DNA of 64,000 nucleotides from a bacterium (GTDB taxonomy: Bacteria > Electryoneota > JAOADG01). Under the pieces are notes generated by a model. It searched no databases. It was given only the letters and a program-made list of their open reading frames with translations, and was not told the DNA's origin. A program made the position numbers and the translations under genes. Positions 10,311 to 21,156 of the stretch are shown piece by piece. The DNA lies in the NCBI GenBank assembly GCA_963681965.1, contig OY820579.1, forward strand, positions 832,001 through 896,000. Reading direction: 5' to 3'. The first letter of the stretch is position 1. The number at the start of each line of letters is the position of its first letter.

Positions 10311-11801
10311 CTACTGCGCTTGATTACGAAAAGTGCGAATACCATCGTACAGAGCTTGGGCAAATTTCTCTCGATAGTCCTGATCGCGTAAAATCTTTGC
10401 GTCGCGTTTGTTCGAGATAAAGGCGCATTCAAACAGAATTGCCGGCATACTGGCGCCGACTAATACATAAAAGCCCGCTTGATCGACGCCACGATCGGAG
10501 ATTCCGATTCGCTTGACTGCCTCTTTCTGTACCAGATCTGCCAATTGCTGTGATTCTTTTAAAAATTGCGCCTGAGCCATCGCGAGCACGATCATTTTTT
10601 CGTTGCTCATTTTCTCGTAAGCCTTTTGATCGGTTTCGAGATTGACGACTTCATTTTCAAATTTGGCGACTTCCAGTGCGCGCGGTGTTTTAGCGGGTGA
10701 GAGAAAATAGGTTTCAATACCGCTGCCGTCTTTATCGCGCGCCGCATTGATGTGAATTGAAACGAATAATTTGCCGTTTGCACGATTGGCGATCTTGCCG
10801 CGATCCTGTAACGTAACAAAACTATCGCTGCTTCGTGTCAATACTATGCGCAGACCACTCTCTTTTCGAAGCAAATTAGCCAATCGTTGTACGATGTCGA
10901 GCGTCAGCTCTTTCTCGAACATCCCGTTCCCTTTGGCACCGGGATCGTGTCCGCCATGTCCGGCATCGAGTACGATGCAATCGATCTGCCACCGTTTTTT
11001 CGCCGCATCGATCTTAGTCGTATTCGCTTCTTTTAAGTTGGTCGAGGGCACTGTTGCCGATGCCGTAGTCTTTGGTGGTGCGGGCGTTGTTGGTTTCGCC
11101 AACTCGATCAGTTTAATACGCCATGAGCGCGGTGATAGCGAATCGATCGATTGAATCTTGCGGGTAAATACAAACAGAACTTGCGGTGGATCAAGCGAAA
11201 AATCCTTTTTTACGCGCCCCATCGAACTTGGTAAATTGACCGAAAAATTACTGTCTGCGACTTTCGCGCCGGATTCTTGAACGGCAAACGTTGTGTCGGA
11301 AGTGAATGTCGAGACGACCGGACCGGGTGGAAGTTGTAATGAAAGTACAACCGTACGCTCATTCTCGGATTGAACGTCGATACCGCGCCATTTCGCTTTT
11401 CCCGGTTTGACAGTTAGTGCCGGTGTATCGGCATCGAATTCGATTTCCTCGACCCCTTGCTCGGTCAATTTTTTTATCGACCATTCCAGTGGAGTCCAGT
11501 ATGCGCTGCCGACCCGCTCCACCGGAGTGGGCATTTGGAGGATTTTTGTGCCGCATTGTAACCACGGATTACCGATCCGGAACGACAATTTTTGCGGCAA
11601 CATGATCTGCAACCGGATTCCGTTGGAATCGGTGGTTGTTTCGATCGATAATGCCGCCGCCAGCGAGACGATATCGACTTGACGGATTGTCCCTTTGTTG
11701 CGTAACGGAATCAGATAAGAATCGCCGGCGCGGTTCACTTGAAGCGAGGATTCTGCCAGCACTGCCGAACAAAGTAGTAAGACAGCTAGTATTGAAATCA
11801 A
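10311..11801 (-). CDS. N-acetylmuramoyl-L-alanine amidase (Amidase_3) with signal peptide
   Basis: LDAGHGGHDPGA, EKELTL, LTR..D, R..IAN, FVSIHINA, MPAILFECAF. Confidence 0.93.
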   Translation of the reverse strand: MISILAVLLLCSAVLAESSLQVNRAGDSYLIPLRNKGTIRQVDIVSLAAALSIETTTDSNGIRLQIMLPQKLSFRIGNPWLQCGTKILQMPTPVERVGSAYWTPLEWSIKKLTEQGVEEIEFDADTPALTVKPGKAKWRGIDVQSENERTVVLSLQLPPGPVVSTFTSDTTFAVQESGAKVADSNFSVNLPSSMGRVKKDFSLDPPQVLFVFTRKIQSIDSLSPRSWRIKLIELAKPTTPAPPKTTASATVPSTNLKEANTTKIDAAKKRWQIDCIVLDAGHGGHDPGAKGNGMFEKELTLDIVQRLANLLRKESGLRIVLTRSSDSFVTLQDRGKIANRANGKLFVSIHINAARDKDGSGIETYFLSPAKTPRALEVAKFENEVVNLETDQKAYEKMSNEKMIVLAMAQAQFLKESQQLADLVQKEAVKRIGISDRGVDQAGFYVLVGASMPAILFECAFISNKRDAKILRDQDYREKFAQALYDGIRTFRNQAQ

Positions 11802-12865
11802 CCGAGCGATGAGAGACCTCCCGGTTTATAAGGATTAAATGTCCGCGGAGCGAGTACTTTCCGGTGTTTGACAACATCGTCTTCAATTTGCTTTCGGGTT
11901 GGCAAACCGGACTTAGCACCCAGTGTCGGGGAGCAAATCTTGATTGCACCTGCCGCGGCAGCCATTTGCATCGTTTTTACTGGATCGGCTCCTTCGAGTA
12001 ACCCCAGCAGGAAAAATGCCGCTGCCACATCGCCGGCACCGGTCGTGTTGACAATTCGCTCCTTCGGTAAAGGGACGGCGGGAATGGTAATCACCGAATC
12101 GTTTTCGATTCGCATAATTCCTTGACCACCGCGCGTGATGAATGTTTGCGGTGCGCCATGATCCTTCAGCCAGACAAAGCAATCGTCCAGTTTGTGACTA
12201 CCACAGAGCAATAATAATTCCTCGTCATTCATTGCCAACGCATCGGATTCGCTGATCCACTGCTGAATTTGTTCGGGATTGCGATGAACCATTGAAGCTG
12301 ATGGTGCAAGAAAGACTTTGACCGGATCTTCGGTTTTTCGTTGTTCGCGCAGATACTCGCGTACGGGTGGCAATGACGGGCTGGGAAGCGAGGTAACATC
12401 GACCCACTTCGCATTGGAAATAACGTCGCCTGCCCACTGGATATCGCGTACCGAGAGGTGCTCGCCGGTACCGTGATCGACGGAAATCGCGCGATCGCGA
12501 ACGCCACCGGCACCGGTAATGATAATCGAGACGCCCGGTAGATAGCCATGCTTTCGCACGACACCGGAAACATCGATACCGCGTCGTTCGAGATCGTCGA
12601 TCAAAATACTGGAGTATTGATCGGTGCCGACCACACAGACATATCCGAGTTTCAAACCACCCAGATTAGCCAGTGCTGCAAGCGAATTCGCCGAGGAACC
12701 GCCGGTGAAGTTTTGGATCCGTGATGGCGATTTCGAACCGGTTTCCAAACCGATGTAATTTTTTCGCAGCTCGGAGGTTTCAAGCGAAAAACTGACAATG
12801 TCTGGATTCACCAGAAAGATGTCGGTCACCGGTACGCCGATGCCGACGATGTCATACTTTTTCAT
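11798..12865 (-). CDS. PfkB-family carbohydrate kinase
   Basis: GGSSANS, VGTD..S, NDEEL, ITRGGQG, NTTGAGD. Confidence 0.9.
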   Translation of the reverse strand: MKKYDIVGIGVPVTDIFLVNPDIVSFSLETSELRKNYIGLETGSKSPSRIQNFTGGSSANSLAALANLGGLKLGYVCVVGTDQYSSILIDDLERRGIDVSGVVRKHGYLPGVSIIITGAGGVRDRAISVDHGTGEHLSVRDIQWAGDVISNAKWVDVTSLPSPSLPPVREYLREQRKTEDPVKVFLAPSASMVHRNPEQIQQWISESDALAMNDEELLLLCGSHKLDDCFVWLKDHGAPQTFITRGGQGIMRIENDSVITIPAVPLPKERIVNTTGAGDVAAAFFLLGLLEGADPVKTMQMAAAAGAIKICSPTLGAKSGLPTRKQIEDDVVKHRKVLAPRTFNPYKPGGLSSLG

Positions 12866-12946
12866 TTCTTACCCCCGTAGTTATCGGCACTGTTCTGCCC
12901 AATTTGCCAGATTTAATAATAGAAAATGGAAACCAATTATCGGAAT

Positions 12947-13870
12947 TTACCCAGCAGTATTCGAACGATTTCCCTGCTGAATTAGCAAATACCGCTTCTT
13001 TAAAATGATTTGAATCGTGTCGATCACCGTAATAAATGCTTCAGATGCTGGAATTTCAAGAACTTCCGATCGACGAACGACCGGGTGAACAATGCGATTG
13101 CGAAAATCGGTAACATCGCGCAGCCGATCCAGAATTGCTGCAGAGAACTCTCCGAGCAACTCTTGAAGCATCTCCAGCTTAGCCTTCTTTTCGTTCATAC
13201 CCGGGCGACGACCGCGACTCCGGATATCCTGATAGGTTACCCCTAGTATCGACAATTGTTCGTCGTAAAAGAAATCTAGCGCAATCAGAAGGATTACGAC
13301 TGCGGCACGCTCTTCTTCTTTGCGGATCAGATCAACGGCGTTTTCCAGATAGATTAACCAGAGCGGTTTTTCGCCGGCAATCGTCATTTCCCCTAACGCG
13401 ATCCAGCGAATCCACATCCCGGCTGTCGGTTGAGTTCGATCAAAGACCCGAGTTAAAATTAAAAATTCGGTCGGTTTTACTGATATAGCGGTTGTGTACA
13501 AATTCTCGCGTAATAAATCGGGTACCGCACTTCCATTCCCTGTCAGAAACAGGACTTCGGGAACTCGGGCATACGCAGGATCGAAATAAATTTGATAGAT
13601 CTCGTTCGGTTCTACCCACAATTCGTTACCCATCGTACAACCGGGGACCAAGGGAATTGAAAGGTTGGCGTTGATAAATTGTTGCGCGCGGTTCTCAAAC
13701 AGCTTCAGATAGCCATCCAGATAGCGGAACGCTACTCCACAATGCGAACACTGAACCTGAATTAAGTAATCGTCGTCGTTTACTCCTTGCAGAGTATCGC
13801 AAGCCGGACATTTGGCATTACGGAGCGGAAACAACACATTACCGGTTATTTGTAGCGAATCATTGGACAC
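12947..13870 (-). CDS. Hypothetical protein: Zn-ribbon + beta-rich middle domain + putative HEPN domain
   Basis: CPACD..CSHCG; C-terminal helical region with RAAVV and RNRIVH (Rx4H). Confidence 0.7.
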   Translation of the reverse strand: MSNDSLQITGNVLFPLRNAKCPACDTLQGVNDDDYLIQVQCSHCGVAFRYLDGYLKLFENRAQQFINANLSIPLVPGCTMGNELWVEPNEIYQIYFDPAYARVPEVLFLTGNGSAVPDLLRENLYTTAISVKPTEFLILTRVFDRTQPTAGMWIRWIALGEMTIAGEKPLWLIYLENAVDLIRKEEERAAVVILLIALDFFYDEQLSILGVTYQDIRSRGRRPGMNEKKAKLEMLQELLGEFSAAILDRLRDVTDFRNRIVHPVVRRSEVLEIPASEAFITVIDTIQIILKKRYLLIQQGNRSNTAG

Positions 13871-14077
13871 AATAAAATCACTTTCTCTTGTTCAGTAGTG
13901 CAAAATACAAAGATCGACGGTTTTTTTCTACTCATTTCGGGCAACGTAAATCATTCTCTGCAGAACCTTGAATGTACCGAATTAGCCCTTTTTTGTCGGA
14001 ATAACACCGGGAATTCCGGGGTTTGATAAAAATCAAAAAAATTGTAACAAAAATCACGTAATTACTGCAAGACCGGA

Positions 14078-15196
14078 TTGGTTTTGGAGTGTGGCATGGA
14101 ATCGAATGAAAATACGATCGAAACTGTTGATCTAGTTGCAATGGCTCGAGCCAAAAAGCAGGCTGATTTCGCGTTGCGTCGGTGCGAAACGTGGGGTGGC
14201 AAACAGTTACGGCGTTTCAAGCTCCGAACGATCGTTCAACTTAGTATGATCATCCTCTGTTCGCTCCTTGCATTACAATTTTATCGGTTTGTCCATGCCG
14301 CGTTTACAACGACAACTGAAGCTTTACCGAGTAGACCTTCCGGTGTCGATGGTTTTCTTCCCATTACCGGACTTATGGGTACGGTTGATTGGATTGCACA
14401 AGGATCGCTGAATACAATTCATCCCGCTGCAACGATCTTACTGCTGACATTTATCCTGATCTCGATCATTTGGCGTAAAGCTTTTTGTTCGTGGTTGTGC
14501 CCGGTCGGTACGATTTCCGAGAATTTGGCGCTCTTGGGAAGAAAATTATTCGGTCGAAATTTGTTATTGTGGCATTGGCTTGACGTTGCGTTGCGAAGTC
14601 TGAAATATATTCTGCTTGCCTTCTTTGTTGGATCGATCTTTTATATGGGAATTGAGGGGAGCCACGCCTTTCTATACAGCGAATACAATCATGTTGCCGA
14701 CATTAAAATGGGGATGTTCTTTATTCGGCTCGGTGGATTAGGTTTGGGAGTAATCGCTTTTTTGTTGATTGGATCGATTTTTATCAATGGTTTGTGGTGC
14801 CGTTACCTCTGCCCTTACGGCGCGCTGCTCGGTCTGTTTTCATGGCTATCCCCGACAAAAGTGCAGCGGAGTGCGCCCGATTGCATCGATTGCGGGTTAT
14901 GTGACAACGCTTGTCCGGCGCGGTTACCAGTTATGTCGAAAGCGAAAATTATCTCGGTCGAGTGTACCGGATGTTTCGACTGTGTAGCTAGCTGCCCGGT
15001 ACCTGCAGCATTAAATGTGAAGACGTCTAACAAGAATCCAATTCCCATCAAGCAGATTGCAATTGCGATTACAGCGACATTTGTCGGAATCTGGTTATTG
15101 GCACAAGCATTCGGTGTTTGGAATAATTCGATTAGCGATGATCAATACCGGAAAATGATTCCCGAAATGGATCAATTCGGACACCCCGGGCGGTAA
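14078..15196 (+). CDS. 4Fe-4S-binding membrane protein (NapH/YccM-like polyferredoxin)
   Basis: AFCSWLCPVG, WCRYLCPYG, CIDCGLCDNACP and CTGCFDCVASCP; TM helices. The true start may be ATG 14096 or 14141. Confidence 0.9.
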   Translation: MVLECGMESNENTIETVDLVAMARAKKQADFALRRCETWGGKQLRRFKLRTIVQLSMIILCSLLALQFYRFVHAAFTTTTEALPSRPSGVDGFLPITGLMGTVDWIAQGSLNTIHPAATILLLTFILISIIWRKAFCSWLCPVGTISENLALLGRKLFGRNLLLWHWLDVALRSLKYILLAFFVGSIFYMGIEGSHAFLYSEYNHVADIKMGMFFIRLGGLGLGVIAFLLIGSIFINGLWCRYLCPYGALLGLFSWLSPTKVQRSAPDCIDCGLCDNACPARLPVMSKAKIISVECTGCFDCVASCPVPAALNVKTSNKNPIPIKQIAIAITATFVGIWLLAQAFGVWNNSISDDQYRKMIPEMDQFGHPGR

Positions 15197-15364
15197 TATT
15201 CATGTAATTGAATTCGAGCGATACATATTATTAGTACCCGTTAGTCGGATCAGTGAATACTCACCGTTAAATATCGCAAATAGCTTCGATGCATTTGATC
15301 GTGAAGACAACAAACAAGGCGTACCGACAGGTACGCCTTGTTCACTTTAAAAAAACTGCCGAGT

Positions 15365-16552
15365 CTATACGCGTTCGATCGCCAATGCAGTCGCTTCGCC
15401 ACCACCATTGCACAATCCGGCAATCCCCTTTTTCCCGTCATGTGCGAGTAACTGGTGAACCAGCGTTACGACAATACGTGCACCCGACGACCCAATCGGA
15501 TGACCCAGTGCCACCGCACCACCCCAGACATTGACTTTGTCCGGAGAGATACCCAAGAGCTGATTGTTGGCAATCGACACCACTGCGAATGCTTCGTTCA
15601 ATTCGAAAAAGTCGACATCGTCTTTCGACCAACCGACTTTTGTCAACAAGCGATTCACGGCACCAGCCGGTGCAGTCGTGAACCATTCCGGATCCTGCGA
15701 GTGAGTCGCCCAACCAGATATTTTCGCCAACACTTTCAGACCATGCTTAGCGGCATATTCCGAAGAAACGATCACTAATGCCGCGGCACCGTCGTCGAGT
15801 GAACTGGCATTTGCAGCGGTAATTGTCCCGTCCTTTTGGAAAGCGGGTTTCAAATCGCCGAATTTATCGAGTTTCGCTTTCTTCGGTTCATCATCTTCGG
15901 AAATTACGATCGGATCGCCCTTTTTCTGCGGGATTGTTATTGGAATTATTTCAGTAGCGAATTTACCGCTCTTCTGTGATTCCAGTGCACGGGTATACGA
16001 TGTTCGAGAAAATTCATCCTGCATTTCGCGAGTGATCGCTTTCTCACGCGCACAAGTTTCGGCACAATTTCCCATGTGTTTGTCGTTGTAGACATCCCAC
16101 AGACCGTCCTTAATGATGCCATCGACGACTTGTGCATGTCCATAACCGACACCGCCACGTGCCCAGTAAGTATAATGAGGCACATTCGACATCGATTCCA
16201 TACCACCAGCAACTACGACGTCGTACTCGCCACTCTCGATTTGCGCTGCCGCCAACATGACCGCTTTCAATCCCGACGAACAGACTTTGTTAACGGTCCA
16301 TGCACCGGCAGAAGTCGGAATGCCGGCAGCGATTGCCGCTTGCCGCGCTGGTGCCTGACCGGCGCCGGCTTGCAAGACCATTCCCATTACGACATCTTGT
16401 ACTTCGGATGCGGAGATACCCGCTCGTTCGATTGCGGCTTTGATTGCGATACCGCCCAATTGTGCCGCAGAAAACCCGGCTAGTGCCCCGCGATACGCGC
16501 AAATTGGCGTTCGTGCCGCTCCGACGATTACGGCAGTTGGATGATTGTGCAT
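15365..16552 (-). CDS. Acetyl-CoA C-acetyltransferase (thiolase)
   Basis: NKVCSSG, GGMESMS, NEAF, GHPIGSSG, CNGGG. Confidence 0.96.
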   Translation of the reverse strand: MHNHPTAVIVGAARTPICAYRGALAGFSAAQLGGIAIKAAIERAGISASEVQDVVMGMVLQAGAGQAPARQAAIAAGIPTSAGAWTVNKVCSSGLKAVMLAAAQIESGEYDVVVAGGMESMSNVPHYTYWARGGVGYGHAQVVDGIIKDGLWDVYNDKHMGNCAETCAREKAITREMQDEFSRTSYTRALESQKSGKFATEIIPITIPQKKGDPIVISEDDEPKKAKLDKFGDLKPAFQKDGTITAANASSLDDGAAALVIVSSEYAAKHGLKVLAKISGWATHSQDPEWFTTAPAGAVNRLLTKVGWSKDDVDFFELNEAFAVVSIANNQLLGISPDKVNVWGGAVALGHPIGSSGARIVVTLVHQLLAHDGKKGIAGLCNGGGEATALAIERV

Positions 16553-16611
16553 TGTAATATTCCCCCAGAATAGATGATTGTTTAAACCAATGCTAGCTGT
16601 TACTTACACTT

Positions 16612-17553
16612 TTATTGAATCGCCTTACTCTTTTGTTCCGGATGAAACAGAAATTTCTGACCATCCCAACTTGCCCGCCCCGCCTTGATCCGTGGTGCAT
16701 GATCGAACAGCAACAACCAATTTTCTCGTGCCGCCCGCTGCAACAATTCCCGCTTGGCAAGCTTAACCTCCGCCGGATATTGATCGGCTTTCATGACCAG
16801 AGAAGGGTGGAGATGCGATGCCGTTGGAATCAGATCAGCCAGAAAACATGCCGATTCGCTATGCGATTGAATCAGTATCACGGCATGACCAAGCGTGTGT
16901 CCACCAGTGGTAATGATCGAAATGCCGGGCAATATTTCACTATCGCGATCCCATAACTCCAATTGATCTGTTTCCAGCAGCGGCAAGAAATTGATCGTTG
17001 GAAAATCCCGACGCTCGCGAGGAGACGGATCGCGCGCATACTCGAATTCACTGCGAGAAATATGATAGATCGCGTTCGGGAAGGTTGGTTCGAGCTGCTC
17101 GTCGCGATTGTAATGAGTATTGCCCCCGCAATGATCGAAGTGCAAATGAGAATTGATAACGTGGGTAACATCGCCCGGATGAAGATTCAGTTGGGCAAGA
17201 TTCGCTAATAATTTGCGTGGCAATTCAAACTCGTAGGATCGATCGCTAAATGTTTCCGGTTTATCCCCGATACCGGTATCGATTAGAATGTTGTCCGTAC
17301 CAGTTTGAATGAGCAATGTATTCAATCCCACGAGCGTTCGACCGGTAGACGCTTGAGCTGGAGTAGTTTTTTCGGATGATTGCTGGTCGGCGATTTGTTC
17401 CAATGTTCGGAACATCGCGCGACCAATGAGTTTCATTAACCCATCGGATATTAGATACAACTTGGTTGAACCGATCCGATATGGTCCATCGATAGCCGGT
17501 AGTGCTGGATACGTCGCCGCAGTGGGCGACGTCGTTGTGAATGTATCAACCAA
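16612..17553 (-). CDS. MBL-fold metallo-hydrolase (YtnP-like)
   Basis: LIDTG, SHLHFDHCGG (HxHxDH), GGHTLGH, ADL, FDH. Start placed at TTG 17553 (AAGGA upstream, 8-nt overlap with the ACAD stop) rather than 17640. Confidence 0.85.
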   Translation of the reverse strand: MVDTFTTTSPTAATYPALPAIDGPYRIGSTKLYLISDGLMKLIGRAMFRTLEQIADQQSSEKTTPAQASTGRTLVGLNTLLIQTGTDNILIDTGIGDKPETFSDRSYEFELPRKLLANLAQLNLHPGDVTHVINSHLHFDHCGGNTHYNRDEQLEPTFPNAIYHISRSEFEYARDPSPRERRDFPTINFLPLLETDQLELWDRDSEILPGISIITTGGHTLGHAVILIQSHSESACFLADLIPTASHLHPSLVMKADQYPAEVKLAKRELLQRAARENWLLLFDHAPRIKAGRASWDGQKFLFHPEQKSKAIQ

Positions 17554-18712
17554 GAAGGTCGTCCTTTTGAAGAATTTGGCGCGCAATGACAAGTCGCTGG
17601 ATTTCGCTGGTGCCTTCGCCAATCTCGGTAATTTTTGCATCGCGCATCATTCGTTCGACACCGTATTCGCGAATATAACCATAGCCGCCGTGAATTTGAA
17701 TGGCATTCATACAAACACGGCTGGAAACTTCACTGGCAAAAAGCTTTGCCATCGAGGAGTACTTCACATAATCGTGATGACCATCTTTCAATTTTGCCGA
17801 ATGGTAGACCAAATGGCGTGCGGCTTCAATTTCGGTTGCCATGTTTGCCAGTTTCATCTGTGTCGCTTGGAAATCGGCAATCGCTTGTCCGAACTGATGA
17901 CGCTCCTTGGCATACTTTACCGTCGCCAAATAGGCGCCTTCGGCTAAACCGAGTGCCATCGCCGCGATTGAAATTCGACCACCATCGAGTACAGTTAAGA
18001 ATTGCTTGAAACCGGCATTTTCCTCGCCGAGTAGATTTTCCAGCGGGATCCGGCAATCGTCGAAATGGAGTGTGGCTGTGTCGCTGCCCCGGCATCCGAG
18101 CTTGTTTTCCTTTTTGCCAATGGAAAAACCGGGTGTACCCTGTTCGATAATAAAGCTGGAAATGCCGCGTGTACCTTTTCCCCGATCGGTAACAGCCGTT
18201 GCGACAAACGTCGAAGCATAATTCGCGTTGGTGATGTAAATCTTCGTACCGTTGATGACCCACTCGTTGCCGTCGCGTACTGCCGTAGTTTGCGTGCCGC
18301 CGGCATCGCTACCGGCACTCGGTTCGGTAAGTCCGAACGAACCTAACGCTTCCCCGCGACACATCGGCGGAAGGTATTTTTGCTTTTGTTCGTCGCTTCC
18401 AAATAAATAGATCGGACCAATTCCCAACGAAGTGTGTGCTGCTAACGTTAATGCGGTGGAACCGCACACTTTGGCAATTTCTTCCACTGCAACAGCGTAA
18501 CCGAGCGCACCGAGACCTGCACCATCGTACTCTTCGGGATAGGGAATACCCATCATTCCCAACTCACCCATCTTCTTCACTTGTTCCAAGGGGAACATCT
18601 GTTTTTCATCGATTTCCTGTGCGATCGGAGCGAGTTCGTTCTTGGCGAAATCGGCGACCATATCGCGAAGCATCACCACTTCTTCGGGTAACATTAGTTC
18701 GACTTGAGACAT
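17546..18712 (-). CDS. Acyl-CoA dehydrogenase
   Basis: FGLTEPSAGSDA, NGTKIYITN, KLGCRGSDT, GGRI, QIHGGYGY, IGEGTSEIQR. Confidence 0.96.
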   Translation of the reverse strand: MSQVELMLPEEVVMLRDMVADFAKNELAPIAQEIDEKQMFPLEQVKKMGELGMMGIPYPEEYDGAGLGALGYAVAVEEIAKVCGSTALTLAAHTSLGIGPIYLFGSDEQKQKYLPPMCRGEALGSFGLTEPSAGSDAGGTQTTAVRDGNEWVINGTKIYITNANYASTFVATAVTDRGKGTRGISSFIIEQGTPGFSIGKKENKLGCRGSDTATLHFDDCRIPLENLLGEENAGFKQFLTVLDGGRISIAAMALGLAEGAYLATVKYAKERHQFGQAIADFQATQMKLANMATEIEAARHLVYHSAKLKDGHHDYVKYSSMAKLFASEVSSRVCMNAIQIHGGYGYIREYGVERMMRDAKITEIGEGTSEIQRLVIARQILQKDDLLG

Positions 18713-18892
18713 GAAAAGTCCTTTGCTGGGTGAGTAGAATGAAAAATTGCTGTTACAATATGCGTAAATCTTCTACTAAGATCTACGAAAATAATTCCCC
18801 GAATTTCAGGGAGATTACTGATTGGTCGACATTAATTTGTGAAAGAGATAACGTAGTCGTGTCACAACCAACACTGAATGAATTGCTTGTGA

Positions 18893-19552
18893 TTATTCGT
18901 AACGAATTGTAGGCACCGACTCACTCACATCGTATTCCGCATCCGTCATTGCTTGGATCTCTTCGACAGTTGTCCCCTCGGCAATCTCGGCTAACGTCAT
19001 CCTACCCGATTTTCGATCGATCGAAAACACGGCAAACTCGGTAATAATCATATCCACTACGCGAATACCGGTGAGCGGCAATGTACACTGCTTGAGAATC
19101 TTCGGTGACCCTTTGGCAGTATGCTGCATTGCAACGATGACATTTTTCGCGCCTGCCACCAAGTCCATCGCGCCGCCCATCCCTTTCACCATCTTGCCCG
19201 GAATCATCCAATTTGCCAAATCGCCATGTTGCGAAACTTGCATCGCACCCAGAATGGTTAAATCGACATGACCACCGCGAATCATCGCGAAACTGTCGGC
19301 ACTGGAAAAGTAGGATGCTCCCGGAACAGTGGTAATCGTCTGTTTACCGGCATTGATCAGATCGGCGTCGACTTCGTCCAGCGTTGGGAACGGTCCGATT
19401 CCAAGTAAACCGTTTTCCGATTGGAGCATCACCGTAATTTCGGGAGGAAGATGATTGGCAACCAGTGTCGGCATGCCAATACCCAAATTGACGACATACC
19501 CGTCGCGAATTTCCCGGGCGGCTCGCTTCACAATTTTTTCTTCAGCAGTCAC
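18893..19552 (-). CDS. scoB: 3-oxoacid CoA-transferase subunit B
   Basis: [14 protein letters not shown] (catalytic Glu), GMGGAMDL. Confidence 0.93.
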   Translation of the reverse strand: MTAEEKIVKRAAREIRDGYVVNLGIGMPTLVANHLPPEITVMLQSENGLLGIGPFPTLDEVDADLINAGKQTITTVPGASYFSSADSFAMIRGGHVDLTILGAMQVSQHGDLANWMIPGKMVKGMGGAMDLVAGAKNVIVAMQHTAKGSPKILKQCTLPLTGIRVVDMIITEFAVFSIDRKSGRMTLAEIAEGTTVEEIQAMTDAEYDVSESVPTIRYE

Positions 19553-20271
19553 GATACGCTCCCTTCCCGGATGGTTTTGCGTTCGATGCGTTTCTCGCGT
19601 GGTGCGACAATGATGTAATCGATGTAGATCCCGGGAGTGTGAATCTGATCGGGATCCAAGTCGCCGATTTCCACCAATTCTTCCACTTCCACTACCACGA
19701 TATCGGCGGCGGTTGCCATCATTGGATTGAAATTACGGGCGGTCTTGCGATAGACCAGATTGCCGAAGCGATCTGCCTTTTGAGCCGCGATCAACGCAAT
19801 CCGACCACGCAACCAGCGTTCCATCAAATACTCGCGTGGTTCATTCTGTTGATCGGAAAAAATCTTCGTTTCTTTTCCTTCGGCAATTGGGGTACCGACT
19901 CCAGTAGGAGTATAGAATGCCGGTATGCCGGCGCCACCGGCTCGCAGACGTTCGGAAAATGTCCCTTGGGGAACAAACTCGATTTCCAGTTCGCCATTGA
20001 GATACTGCCGCTCGAAAATTGCATTTTCGCCGACATAAGTCGAAATCATTTTTTTGATTTGTCGGGTTTGGAGCAGTAATCCCAATCCCCAATCGTCGAC
20101 ACCGGCGTTGTTCGATACGCACGTGAGATCTTTCACGCCGCTATCGCGCAAGGCAATTATCAAATTTTCCGGAATACCGCATAACCCAAATCCTCCCAGC
20201 AAGATCGTGTCGCCATCTTGGGGGGAGATGCGCTGAATTGCATCCGTCGCACTACCGAGAACTTTGTTCAT
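19549..20271 (-). CDS. scoA: 3-oxoacid CoA-transferase subunit A
   Basis: [41 protein letters not shown]. Confidence 0.93.
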   Translation of the reverse strand: MNKVLGSATDAIQRISPQDGDTILLGGFGLCGIPENLIIALRDSGVKDLTCVSNNAGVDDWGLGLLLQTRQIKKMISTYVGENAIFERQYLNGELEIEFVPQGTFSERLRAGGAGIPAFYTPTGVGTPIAEGKETKIFSDQQNEPREYLMERWLRGRIALIAAQKADRFGNLVYRKTARNFNPMMATAADIVVVEVEELVEIGDLDPDQIHTPGIYIDYIIVAPREKRIERKTIREGSVS

Positions 20272-20435
20272 AGATCTACTCGTAATATTGCAAGTTCATG
20301 ACGCGATCGTGCACCGTTGCAGGATCGAATGGTTAACCAAGTCAGATCGAAGTCAGTTGATTTATTCAACGACTTTGAGATTTATGTAACAATCTTGAGA
20401 TAGATGGTCTGGTGTTGTTGGATTGATGAGGACGA

Positions 20436-21095
20436 TTAAAATAACCCGAGCTGGGGGTTGGCTCGAGTCTCCTCGATATACGGTACGATACAATCCGGCT
20501 CGTCGTGAGTAGTGCTATTCACTTTTGGCGAGACGCGGTACGCTTTTAAGTTAGTTTTAGGGATTGCTCGTAAGAAAAGTTCCGGTGCCGACCACCACAA
20601 TTCCATGGCATTCAATGGAACGAATACCGGCATGCGGTCGTGAAGCGATGCCACCGGTGGTTCGGCGACAGTAGTAAGGATCGTAAAATAACGACCCTGT
20701 TCGCCCTGCCAATAGATGCCCGCCATGAACATCAGTGAGCGGTCTGCCGCATAAAACCAATGCGGTAATCGTGCTGCGCGCTCGCCTTCCCATTCGAAAA
20801 AGCCATCTGCCGGAATTAGACAACGGTTTTTGCCGAGTTGGCGTTGATAGTGTTCGCGATCGAAAATTGTTTCGGTACGGAGATTGATTAACAACCCGGT
20901 TCGGAGGGTCCACCCCCAGGTAGCGGTGACCAAAGATCGGCGCTCGCGCTGTTCGGTTACAAGATAGTGAGATTGGGTCGGTGCAATGTTGAATCGGGGT
21001 CGATATTTGATAGCAAGGTTGGGATCGTACGACGCTTGCGCCGTTTCGGCGACGAAATGAATCTCGGGGATCGATAAAGTAAAGCGACCGCACAT
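20436..21095 (-). CDS. SOS response-associated peptidase (SRAP/YedK/HMCES family, abasic-site protection)
   Basis: N-terminal MCGRF, RFNIAPTQ, RCLIPADGFFEW, HDRMPV. Confidence 0.93.
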   Translation of the reverse strand: MCGRFTLSIPEIHFVAETAQASYDPNLAIKYRPRFNIAPTQSHYLVTEQRERRSLVTATWGWTLRTGLLINLRTETIFDREHYQRQLGKNRCLIPADGFFEWEGERAARLPHWFYAADRSLMFMAGIYWQGEQGRYFTILTTVAEPPVASLHDRMPVFVPLNAMELWWSAPELFLRAIPKTNLKAYRVSPKVNSTTHDEPDCIVPYIEETRANPQLGLF

Positions 21096-21156
21096 GGATT
21101 ACCTCCTCTACCGGAACCGAATGTCATTCCCTCTAGATGTGACGAGTAAATAAAAT

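Noticed and set aside
17554-17640. Long overlap of the MBL gene with the ACAD gene
   Set aside because: Artefact of longest-ORF calling; TTG 17553 with an SD gives a normal 8-nt overlap.
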